DNA from: Acaryochloris marina S15
GTDB lineage: Bacteria; Cyanobacteriota; Cyanobacteriia; Thermosynechococcales; Thermosynechococcaceae
DNA length: 32,000 bases
Direction of reading: 5' to 3'
Assembly: GCF_018336915.1 (NCBI RefSeq)
Contig: NZ_CP064923.1
Coordinates: 450,001-482,000 of the forward strand
The position numbers and the translations under genes are program-made. Positions 1-9,400 of the stretch are shown one piece after another (position 1 is the stretch's first letter; each line of letters starts with the position of its first letter). A model generated the notes under the pieces. That model had not been told where the DNA came from, did not search any database, and saw only the letters and a list, made by a program, of their open reading frames with translations.

Positions 1-45
1 TGGCTGGAAAGCCTTGATTGATAAGCGGTGCAAGCTTCGAAACTT

Positions 46-1755
46 ATGTCTCCAGTGCCAGTTGAATGTTTTCCCTATGGTGTGGATCCACAGACCGGTG
101 TTTGCCTAGGACTCAAGCTCGGACCCTATCGAATTTTGTTGGACTATGGATTAACAGATATATCTGGCTTACAGGCAGATGAAGGGCAGCCCGATGCCGT
201 TGTAGAACAACCTGCTTCTCCGCAGCAACCTGCAGATTTTGTCTTATGTTCACAAGCTCATGCTGATCACATGCGTGGGTTAGGAGAGTTGCACCAAATC
301 TTTCCCAAGATGCCGATCTATACGAGCATCGAAACGCAGCAGATATTGAATCACCTTTATTCTGATCAATGGGCATCCGAGTGTGACATTATTGCCTGGA
401 ATACGCCGTTTGACTTGGCTCCAGACTTGACCTTAGAGCTGGTTCCTGCCGGTCAAATGCCTGGAGCAGCAGTTTGTTTACTCACCTATACTGCGAAGGC
501 TGATGCCGAGATAGCGGAATCCTATACCGTTGCCTATACCGGGGATTTTTATTTAACCCATACTCGGTTTGCTCCTGCTTTGTCGACTTCCAGTCTCAAA
601 GACCGCACGATTGATTGGTTAATCCTTAAGGGGGGCTATGGCACCCTGCAACATCCCCCCCGAAAACAGCAAGAAAGTGAGTTGGTTCAAACTTTGCTCC
701 AGGCGTTAACGGCCCAACAATCCGTCGTTATACCTGTGCCTCAAGTGGGTCTGGGACAAGAGATTTTGATGTTATTACGGACGAATGCAGAGTTCATCCG
801 CCAGAAAGTTACGATTTGGGTCGATGAGACGGTGGCGCAAGGATGCGATGCCTATGGCCAGATTCTACCTGCGCTACCTGCCAGTATTCAGAATTTTGCC
901 CGGCAACAGTCTTTGTTTTGGCAAGCCACTGGGCGGCTGCAGATCCAGCAGCTAGGGGCGATTGCTCAATTACCTTGTATTCTCCTCGTGCACCATCAAA
1001 CAGATTTAGGGCAATATGCCCAGGTGCTGGGAGATCGAGTGCTGGTTCTAGACCCCATTCCCCCTGAATCTCCCCAAGCATTGCGAGAACACGCTGAGAT
1101 CCGGTGGGACGAGGTAAGCCTCCCGGCTTCTTGGCAGACACAGACCTTTCTGCTGGCCCAAGCCTGTGATGGTTCTAGTACTACTCAGTTGATTCATAAC
1201 AGTCGTCCTCACCATGTGGCGTTCTATCACCGCTTACCTTTAGTGGTTGAAGATTTAACTCAGGTCCCAGATCTACAGAATCGCTATCAGCTCCATCCCC
1301 TGATACCAGGAGAACGACTGGAAGTGCGGGTAGAGGATAGTGTCCCTCTACCCCAAGAGACCTTTGCTCCGCCCCTGCAAACTTATGGAGGTGAACTCGT
1401 AGAGTCAGCGTTATCGGCCACCCTTAGCTTAGGTGCTGATATTCTCGAAGACCCGCGCTGGCAGGCTTTTGCGGATACTGGATTAATTGAGGCGGTTTGG
1501 CAGGGGCATCAACTCGTCATTCGGGGCTTGTCCCAGGCAGAAATAGTACGCAGTATTGCCAGCCAACACCCTACGGATCGCAATTGCTGTGCTAACTGCC
1601 ATTACTATCGAAACCAACGCTGTTGGCAGACAGAATCCGCTCTGTATGGTTTTAAGGTTTCTCCCCAGGGAACCTGTCCGGTCTATGCTCCAATGAGTGA
1701 TAGGTCAGATCCCGTGCTGACAGAAGACCTTGAAGACGAAGTGATGGATTTCTAG
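46..1755 (+). CDS. MBL-fold (beta-CASP-like) metallo-hydrolase with a C-terminal Cys-rich tail
   Basis: The frame is open from GTG 28 and the first ATG is at 46. It has an HxHxDH zinc motif (SQAHADHMRGL). LLDYG and YTGDF strands are typical of MBL/beta-CASP nucleases. The C-terminus carries a CCANCHYYRNQRCW...GTCPVY cysteine cluster. Confidence 0.7.
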   Translation: MSPVPVECFPYGVDPQTGVCLGLKLGPYRILLDYGLTDISGLQADEGQPDAVVEQPASPQQPADFVLCSQAHADHMRGLGELHQIFPKMPIYTSIETQQILNHLYSDQWASECDIIAWNTPFDLAPDLTLELVPAGQMPGAAVCLLTYTAKADAEIAESYTVAYTGDFYLTHTRFAPALSTSSLKDRTIDWLILKGGYGTLQHPPRKQQESELVQTLLQALTAQQSVVIPVPQVGLGQEILMLLRTNAEFIRQKVTIWVDETVAQGCDAYGQILPALPASIQNFARQQSLFWQATGRLQIQQLGAIAQLPCILLVHHQTDLGQYAQVLGDRVLVLDPIPPESPQALREHAEIRWDEVSLPASWQTQTFLLAQACDGSSTTQLIHNSRPHHVAFYHRLPLVVEDLTQVPDLQNRYQLHPLIPGERLEVRVEDSVPLPQETFAPPLQTYGGELVESALSATLSLGADILEDPRWQAFADTGLIEAVWQGHQLVIRGLSQAEIVRSIASQHPTDRNCCANCHYYRNQRCWQTESALYGFKVSPQGTCPVYAPMSDRSDPVLTEDLEDEVMDF

Positions 1756-2063
1756 TCTGAATTATTGTCGGGGTGTGGGTTGGGCAGTTGTTCGGCTTCG
1801 GGACAGTCATCCGAGACCATCGGTTCAACATTATGTTTGGGAACCGCTGCCAGGCGGGTTGTTACGGCACCAATACTTTCGATGCGGACCATGTCTTCCC
1901 AGGCACAAATTTCATCATCTTCTTCGGTCTCATAGCGAATAGTGACGATATCGCCATCTAGACCGGTAATGCGGGCACGATCCAACCAGCGCTGCTGGTC
2001 CCGTAAGTAGAGCCAGACTTCTTGACCGTTATTGTAGAGTTGGTAGATCTTGCGGTCTAGCAT
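1752..2063 (-). CDS. Small acidic hypothetical protein
   Basis: The ORF track starts at TTG 2090. The ATG at 2063 sits 7 nt downstream of GGAGAGG, so the shorter form (MLDRKIYQ...) is preferred. No family was recognised. Its 3' end overlaps the convergent MBL gene by 4 nt. Confidence 0.5.
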   Translation of the reverse strand: MLDRKIYQLYNNGQEVWLYLRDQQRWLDRARITGLDGDIVTIRYETEEDDEICAWEDMVRIESIGAVTTRLAAVPKHNVEPMVSDDCPEAEQLPNPHPDNNSD

Positions 2064-2339
2064 AAGTAGCCTCTCCAAAACAACGTTCAAACAGCGGACA
2101 TATTAGAGGATCAAAGATAGTAAGCAGCCGAGTCATAAATTTGACTCCGTTTCCTCCATATCCGACTTTGCGTTACTGTTCAATCCAGTGTAGTCTATTA
2201 ACTCGGATCACGCCTGAGTAGGCATTTAAGAAACAAGCTTGCGATCCCATTGCCTGAATCGGTTTGCTAGTACCGCGAAATTGAAATGAGTTTAGCAGCA
2301 ATTGCTGCGGTTTGGTTATTGTAATTTTGATAGGCTTCC

Positions 2340-3038
2340 ATGCCCCTAAAGGCAGTTTTATTTGATTTCAATGGTGTTGTGCTAGATGACGAGCGCATTC
2401 ATCAGCAGATTATTTGGGAGATGATGGAGCAAGAAGATCTACCCCTCACCCAAGAAGAGCTGCAACTGCACTGCTTGGGACGAACGGATCGGGCCTGCTT
2501 TCAAGATCTATTTGCCAGTATGGAGCAGCCCCTCAATCAGTTTCAGCTGCGGCGGCTGTTGTCTTTTAAAGCGAAGGCTTACCGTCAATATGTAGAGTCC
2601 TTGGAAAACCTACCGATTTTTGAAGGCGTAATAGAGCTAATTGGAGAATTTCTAGACGCGGGACTGACCCTGGCGATTGTCAGTGGAGCGCTACGGGCGG
2701 AGGTGCAGATGGTTTTAAAGCACATGTCCCTGGAGGATGCATTTCCGATTACCGTCACCTCGGAAGATGTCAAAAAAAGTAAGCCCGATCCAGCTGGCTA
2801 TCAATTGGCGATTAAGCGGCTCAATCGCAAGTTCCCCACCTTGGATTTAGACCCCTGTGACTGCTTGGCGATTGAGGATAGCTTTGCGGGGATTCAGGCA
2901 GCCAAACAGGCCCAAATTCCCGTTGTGGGCGTGGCTCACACCTTGCCGTTCCACATGCTGCAGCGCCAGGCGAATTGGTGTGTTGATTATCTGCACCAGA
3001 TTGAGCTAGACCGAATCCAGACTATTTTTGCCCGTTAA
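2340..3038 (+). CDS. HAD-superfamily hydrolase (subfamily IA, beta-phosphoglucomutase/phosphatase-like)
   Basis: Motif I is LFDFNGVV, a D-x-N variant of DxDxV. A motif II-like IVSGA is present. A KSKPDP lysine motif is followed by IEDSFAGIQAA (motif IV). Confidence 0.75.
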   Translation: MPLKAVLFDFNGVVLDDERIHQQIIWEMMEQEDLPLTQEELQLHCLGRTDRACFQDLFASMEQPLNQFQLRRLLSFKAKAYRQYVESLENLPIFEGVIELIGEFLDAGLTLAIVSGALRAEVQMVLKHMSLEDAFPITVTSEDVKKSKPDPAGYQLAIKRLNRKFPTLDLDPCDCLAIEDSFAGIQAAKQAQIPVVGVAHTLPFHMLQRQANWCVDYLHQIELDRIQTIFAR

Positions 3039-3071
3039 GCTCCCTGGCCTGAGGGCAGTCGAAACCCTCGA

Positions 3072-4592
3072 TTACTCCTGAGGGGGAGGGGGTGGTTTTC
3101 CTAGGGTCGTAATGTAGAGGACGGCTTCTTCCTCGGGAATGCCTAAGACCTCGTTCACCTGATCGTCAAAGAAGCCGCCGATACCGCTGACCCCCACTCC
3201 TAGGTGAGTTGCGGCGAGATTTAAACGCTGCCCAAGATGCCCCGCATCCATATGGAGATAGCGATAGGCTCGATCACCGTAGCGTGCGATCGCACTTTGC
3301 AAATCGGCGGTATGAAACACAATGGCGGCAGCATCTCGGCCTAAATCCTGGCCTAAACACAGATAGTGGGATTCTCGTCGGAAGTTCTTAAACCGAATTT
3401 GGCGCAACTCTTGGGCCTGCACTGCATAGTAGTAACAGCCGGTATCTAAATTGGTGATATCTAAAACAGCGATAAAGGTTTGGATCAGTCCTAAATCGAA
3501 AAAGCCTGGATCGCCATCCAATCCTTGCTCTTGGTAGTTCTCTGGACAATAGGTAAAACTGAGCAGGCCACTTAAGGTGTCTAAACTCAGAGGATCCCCC
3601 GTAAATTTGCGGGTGGATCGGCGCTTGAGAATGCTTTCCTTTAAGTCAATTAAGTCTGGCCCCCAGTCTACGGGAGTATTCGATAGGGGCACTTTCAAAC
3701 AAAAGGGGAAATTGTATTTATCTTCTTTGGTCGTGGCAGGCAGTAGGTTGTTGTAGGTAATGTCATCGGCAGCAATACTGGTGGCTGTATGGGTATAAGA
3801 GAGCAGTTCACCATCCGGTAACTTGGGAAAATCTTCAACTGTGGGAGAGGGCAAGAGAGTGGGTGAAGGGGGTAAGTTTTGGTCGGCCTCCAGTAAATCT
3901 GCTAAGGCAAAAGCTGCGACCACACCTTCTTGATCTGAGTCGAGATACAGGAGCTGATTGAAGGGCTGATCGACAAAGCCGCCAATCAAGTGGGCTTTAT
4001 AATCACAAATTGAAGCGGCTAACTCAATATTGCCCAGTAAATGACCACTATCCAGGCAGATCCGCCGATAGGCGCGATCTTCATACCGCCAGGCAGACCG
4101 CTGAAAAACAGCGGTTACCACTACAGCCAATTGGGTTTTAGCCAAGGCAGGATGCCAAAGACAAGCCGATTCTAGGGCCGACCACACATGGCTGTCCCAG
4201 AACCGTAATAAGGAATGGGTGCGAACCTGGTAGTTATAGAGACCAGCAGGCAGGATAGTTCCTTCTCCCGCAATCACATAGAGTTCCGCTGGATATAAGC
4301 CCCCTGCGGATGGGGCTGTCCTCAAGTAGAGGGGGTGGTCGGGGTAGGGGATGACGGCGGTGATGCCGTAGCTACAGTACAGCAGGCGAGAGAGCCGCTG
4401 CCACTGGATTTGGGAGGCGTCGACCCCTTGCTCTAAATATTTTTTGAGCCCAATGGTGGTGCCCAACTTATAGTCCTTGAACGGACTAGGCTGTTGGCTG
4501 AAATCCAGTGAGCGTCCCTGTTTGGAGAGGGTCTCTGGATCATATTTTGTCCGTTGATGGTAATGCTGGGTAATGCTAAGGACATCTGCCAT
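3072..4592 (-). CDS. SagB/ThcOx-type dehydrogenase (tandem nitroreductase-fold domains)
   Basis: The N-terminal YHQRTKY...SQQPSPFKDY and RTAPSAGGLYPAELYV motifs are typical of SagB-type nitroreductase domains. A second nitroreductase-like half (ILKRRSTRKF ... YLHMDAGHLGQRLNL) follows in the same 506-aa ORF. Confidence 0.7.
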   Translation of the reverse strand: MADVLSITQHYHQRTKYDPETLSKQGRSLDFSQQPSPFKDYKLGTTIGLKKYLEQGVDASQIQWQRLSRLLYCSYGITAVIPYPDHPLYLRTAPSAGGLYPAELYVIAGEGTILPAGLYNYQVRTHSLLRFWDSHVWSALESACLWHPALAKTQLAVVVTAVFQRSAWRYEDRAYRRICLDSGHLLGNIELAASICDYKAHLIGGFVDQPFNQLLYLDSDQEGVVAAFALADLLEADQNLPPSPTLLPSPTVEDFPKLPDGELLSYTHTATSIAADDITYNNLLPATTKEDKYNFPFCLKVPLSNTPVDWGPDLIDLKESILKRRSTRKFTGDPLSLDTLSGLLSFTYCPENYQEQGLDGDPGFFDLGLIQTFIAVLDITNLDTGCYYYAVQAQELRQIRFKNFRRESHYLCLGQDLGRDAAAIVFHTADLQSAIARYGDRAYRYLHMDAGHLGQRLNLAATHLGVGVSGIGGFFDDQVNEVLGIPEEEAVLYITTLGKPPPPPQE

Positions 4593-4652
4593 AAGGCTAG
4601 AAAAAGGGTAAACAATGCACCTTCAATCCTGGCACACCCGTTTAAGCATTGC

Positions 4653-5309
4653 CTACCGCTTGTGAAATTCGATCTGATTTCCGCGAAAGGTGAAATCATA
4701 CTTTTGGAGAAAATCTTGGCCCAGTAAACCCATGTCCATGTCAGGTCCAGCCACGGCGACTGGCACTTGGTAGCTTTTTAAGCCCCCCACTTCCATAGCC
4801 TTGACATAAACAATCGGAAATTCAGCATAGCCATTAGCCGTAGAAGCTCCGAAGGTACCCACAACATCGGAGGTGCCAATCCCAAGGGCTTTGGCCATGG
4901 GGCGAGTAATGACGGTTCTGCTAGCGCCAGAGTCCACCAACATTTCAAAGGAACGGCGACTATTAAATTTCACATCTACAATCGCTACGCCTCCGGACCG
5001 TCGCTTGATGGGGACGAGTCCTACCTTGCTCGTGGCTTTTTTGGCCGATGCAGGCTGAGGGGAGCTGCCCTTAAAACCTGTCTGCTGGAGCTGCTTGAGT
5101 TGACTGCGGTACTGCTTGAGTTGAGGGGCTTGCCCCGGTGCCAGGGGAATCAGCTGGTCGATCACCTGAATCGCTTGAGACCAGTTTTGACGATTGACTG
5201 AATCTTGTAATTGTTGATTAAGACCCGCAACACTGGATTGAGCCTTTGCTGAGAATGGCGTTAGGGTAAAAAGCAGACTGAAACAGAGAACCGGGATAGA
5301 AACCTTCAT
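4653..5309 (-). CDS. Secreted retropepsin-like (clan AA) aspartic protease
   Basis: It has an N-terminal signal peptide (MKVSIPVLCFSLLFTLTPFSAKA). The active-site motif LVDSGASRTVIT is retropepsin-like. The C-terminal GLLGQDFL is typical of bacterial single-domain retropepsin-like proteins. Confidence 0.7.
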   Translation of the reverse strand: MKVSIPVLCFSLLFTLTPFSAKAQSSVAGLNQQLQDSVNRQNWSQAIQVIDQLIPLAPGQAPQLKQYRSQLKQLQQTGFKGSSPQPASAKKATSKVGLVPIKRRSGGVAIVDVKFNSRRSFEMLVDSGASRTVITRPMAKALGIGTSDVVGTFGASTANGYAEFPIVYVKAMEVGGLKSYQVPVAVAGPDMDMGLLGQDFLQKYDFTFRGNQIEFHKR

Positions 5310-5344
5310 AGATGGGGGAGTGGCAGCGTTGAGAGAGGGCAGAA

Positions 5345-6304
5345 ATGGAAACTCGATGGTTGGGAAGTACTACTATTCAGGTTACCCCAATCATTATGGG
5401 GACCTGGCAAGCGGGCAAACGATGGTGGGTCGACATTGATGATGCCGAAACTATCCGCACGATTCAAACAGCGGTGGATGCTGGTATTACGACCCTTGAT
5501 ACGGCGGAGATTTATGGGGATGGGCATTCTGAGAAAATGATTGCCAAGGCGGTCTCGGGGCAGCGATCGCAACTCGTATACGCTTCCAAGGTCTTTGCTA
5601 ACCACCTCAAGTATGAACAGGTGATCGAGGCTTGCGATCGCAGTTTGCAAAACCTCCAAACGGACTACATCGACCTCTATCAAATTCACTGGCCTGCAGG
5701 CTCTTTTGACACGGAAGTGGTGCCCATTTTCGATACGATGGCGGCCCTCAACCACCTCCAGGAAGTGGGCAAAATTCGAGCAATTGGAGTGTCCAATTTT
5801 TCCAAAGCCCAGCTGATGGAAGCGGCTCAATATGGCCGCATCGACAGTATCCAACCTCCCTATTCCCTATTTTGGCGATGGGCAGAAGCCGAGCTTCAAG
5901 CCTATTGTGTGGAGCATAAGATTTCAATTTTGGCTTACTCATCCATGGCTCAGGGATTGCTCACAGGTCGTTTTGGTCCAGGACACCAGTTCCCTGAAGG
6001 GGATAATCGAGGGGCCAATAAGCTGTTTCACGGAGAGCATTATGATCGGGCTCAACAGGCTTTGGATCAGCTACGACCTATCGCTGTGCGGAATCAGATG
6101 ACCTTAGGCCAACTGGCCCTGGCATGGCTGATAGCTCAGCCCCAGACCGTTGCGATCGCTGGGGCTAGACATCCTGAGCAAGCCCAAGAAAATGCCCAGG
6201 CAGGTTATCAGACCTTATCCGCCGAGGATTTGACAGCAATGGATCAGATTGGCCGTACTGTGACGGATCATCTAGATAACAACCCAGTGATGTGGACATG
6301 GTAG
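5345..6304 (+). CDS. Aldo/keto reductase
   Basis: AKR signatures are present: LDTAEIYGDGHSE (catalytic Asp/Tyr), ASKV (Lys), YQIHWP (His) and GVSNF. Confidence 0.85.
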   Translation: METRWLGSTTIQVTPIIMGTWQAGKRWWVDIDDAETIRTIQTAVDAGITTLDTAEIYGDGHSEKMIAKAVSGQRSQLVYASKVFANHLKYEQVIEACDRSLQNLQTDYIDLYQIHWPAGSFDTEVVPIFDTMAALNHLQEVGKIRAIGVSNFSKAQLMEAAQYGRIDSIQPPYSLFWRWAEAELQAYCVEHKISILAYSSMAQGLLTGRFGPGHQFPEGDNRGANKLFHGEHYDRAQQALDQLRPIAVRNQMTLGQLALAWLIAQPQTVAIAGARHPEQAQENAQAGYQTLSAEDLTAMDQIGRTVTDHLDNNPVMWTW

Positions 6305-6456
6305 CCCTGGCATCTAAAGACTTCTGAGGAAGATAGCCAAAGACTTCCACCTTTCGGTTTAGCATAGCCATGGTGCAGGTGAGACGAGGGTCGTTTGATG
6401 AGACAGTCTGTATTTCACTTCAAAAGTCGGCAGGGTTCTAACCAGGGAAGCTAAGG

Positions 6457-9400
6457 ATGGCCGATTCCCTTAAAGCCTCTGAGTGGGGACTAACGCTCAT
6501 TGATCGGGCCCGACGGATTAAGCGATGGAATAAAACCTCATCGGCTTGGTGCCGCGTCTCCTATACGTCCCGATCTACTCTCAATCGCTTTTGGTCCGGG
6601 GCGGCGATCCGCAGCGAAGCCTTTGTTGCCATCTGCGAGGCGGTAGGAGTCCCTTGGCAAGACGTGGCTGAGCCGGAAGACAATCCTACAGATGAAGCAG
6701 CATCTGCGCCTTCTCTAACCCCGGCCAAACCGCCCAGCCTGACCCGGCAAGATTGGGGAGATGCCCCCGCCATCAACGACTTTTATGGTCGCTTGCCTGA
6801 GCTGCAATTGATGAGTGACTGGATGCTCCAGGATCACTGTCGCTTGATTATGGTGTTGGGGATGGGGGGAATGGGTAAAACGGCTTTAGCCGCCAACCTG
6901 TCCTATAGCCTGACCCAAGAGTTTGAGTGGGTAATCTGGCGTAGTCTTCGTAATGCCCCGTCTTTGGAGCAGCTGCTGACGGAACTGATTCAGTTTTTTA
7001 GCTGTCAGCAAGAAACGGCGCAATTTCCCGACAACGAGCAGCGCCTGCGGCATTTGATGACCTATCTACGCAATGCACGCTGTTTGATTGTCCTGGATAA
7101 TGCCGAATCCATTTTGCAGGGGGGCGATCACCAGAGTCGATATTTAGCCGGGTATGAAGGCTATGGAGAATTCTTTCGGTGGATCGGAGAAACGGCCCAT
7201 CCAAGCTGTTTACTATTAACCTCCCGAGAGCAACCTCAAGGACTGATTGCCCAAGAAGGCTTAAACCTTCCGGTTCGATGCCTGCGTTTAGAAGGCTTGC
7301 CTTTAGGGGAAGGACGAGAGCTGTTTCAGACCAAAGGCCAATATGTAGCTCAGGAACAGGATTGGCACGTCGTTATCCAGCGCTATGCGGGCAATCCCCT
7401 TGCCATTAAAATCGTTGCTTCGGCTATCAGAGACTATTTTGACAGCGATATTGGCCAGTTTTTAGCCTTTGTTCAGCAAGGCCCATTTATTTTTGACGAT
7501 ATTCGCGATCTGCTGGCTCGCCAGTTTGGACGGCTGACGGCCTGTGAGCAAGAAGTGATGTATTGGCTGGCCATTAATCGAGAGCCCCTCTCCTTTGCCG
7601 ATCTCAAAGCGAATCTGGTTAAAAATGTAGCCCTCAATGACCTGATGCCTGTACTGGTGTCTTTGCAGCGTCGCTCCTTGATCGAAAAAACGAGAACTGG
7701 CTTTACTCAACAGCCCGTTGTCATGGAGTTTGTGACCCGGGAGCTGATTGAATGGGTCACCCAAGAGATGGTCGATGGGGCTCCTAATTTGCTCAGGACT
7801 CATGCATTGGTCCAAGCTCAAGCCCAGGACTATATTCGCCACGCCCAAGAGTCCCTGATTCTCCAGCCGATTACAAATAAACTGCTGGATTCACTGGGGA
7901 CAAGAGCGACTATTGAATCCCATTGCCAGCAACTATTAGCGCCTTTACATGGACAGCCCTGCCAGGATACGGCCTACATCGCCGGTAATATCTTGCATGT
8001 ACTGCAGCGGCTAGAGATGGATTTAAGCGGCTATGATTTTTCGTCCCTAACGGTTTGGCAGGCCAATTTGCAGGGTGAGAATCTTGCTCAAGTCAATTTT
8101 AAGAATGCCGATTTAAGTCGAACGGTCTTTACAGAGATTCTGGGCAATATTCTGGCGGCGACCTTCAGTCCTGATGGCAAGCTATTGGCCACCTGTGACA
8201 ATAACTACAATATCCGGCTCTGGACAGTCAAAACGGGGCAGCAAGTCACCCTTTGCCAAGGCCATCAAAATTGGATTCGGGCCATTGCCTTCTCGCCCCA
8301 ACCGTCGGAGATTCAAGGTGAAGGATATTTATTGGCTAGTGCCTGCGCCGATCACACCGTTAAGCTCTGGCAGGTGTCCACGGGTAGATGCTTACGGACT
8401 CTGGTGGACCATACCCATGAGGTCTTTTCTGTGGCCTTTAATCATGATGGCACCCTCCTCGCCAGTGGCAGTGGGGATGGTACCGCCAAACTCTGGCAAA
8501 CCCATTCAGGACAATGTCTGCTGACCTGTGAAGGCCATCAAGGCTGGATTCGAGCTGTAGCAATGCCCCACCAACGTGGGTCTCAATCGGAGCAGCTCCC
8601 TCCCGCTGTAATGGTGACCGGCAGTGAAGATCAGACCATTAAAATTTGGGATCTGGCGACCGGTGAATGTCTGCAAACGGGGAAAGGCCATCATGGACGG
8701 GTTCGTTCTGTCGCCTTTAGCCATGCCGGAGACTATCTGGCGAGCGGCAGCGATGACGGCACAGTTAAGCTGTGGGACCTCCAAACCGCCCTCTGTTTGC
8801 AAACCTACGAAGGACATCGGAGTGGAGTCTATTCGGTGGCGTTTAGTCCGACGGCTCCTATTTTGGCCAGTGGTAGCGGTGATCAAACCGTAAAGCTGTG
8901 GGATTGCCAAGCCGATCAGTGCTTGCGCACCCTACAGGGGCATACCAACCAGATTTTCTCCCTGGCCTTCCATCCCGATGGACAAACTCTGGCCTGTGTT
9001 ACCCTCGACCAAACCGTACGGCTGTGGAATTGGCAAACCACCCAGTGCTTGAGAACCTGGGAAGGCCATACGGATTGGGCTTTGCCCGTGGCTTTTCATC
9101 CCCAGGGAAAACTGATTGCTAGCAGCAGCGGCGATTCCGTCATTCACCTATGGGACTGGCAGCAGCAAACCACTACTGTGACCCTGCGTGATCATCGTGC
9201 CGTCGTTCGGTCCCTTGCCTTTAGCGATGATGGCCAGTATCTGATTAGTGGCGGCACGGATCAGACGGTTCGTATCTGGAACTGTCAAACGGGACGGTGT
9301 GAGCAAACCTTTTATGATCACCCAGATTGGGTATTTGCCGTTGCTTGGTCTTCTATCTCGGGACAAGAGGGCTGGTTTGCCAGTGGCGGTGGTGATCCAG

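Noticed and set aside
655-661. Homopolymer tracts (C7 at 655-661 in the MBL gene, G7 at 10540-10546 in the DUF4347 gene) as phase-variation switches
   Set aside because: The tracts are short and encode Pro runs. There is no evidence for slipped-strand regulation in this lineage, and similar runs occur in ordinary genes here.
5306-5854. 182-aa minus-strand ORF overlapping the 5' half of the aldo/keto reductase gene
   Set aside because: It is antisense to a gene with clear AKR catalytic motifs. Its product is not recognisable, and its stop would have to overlap the protease gene start.
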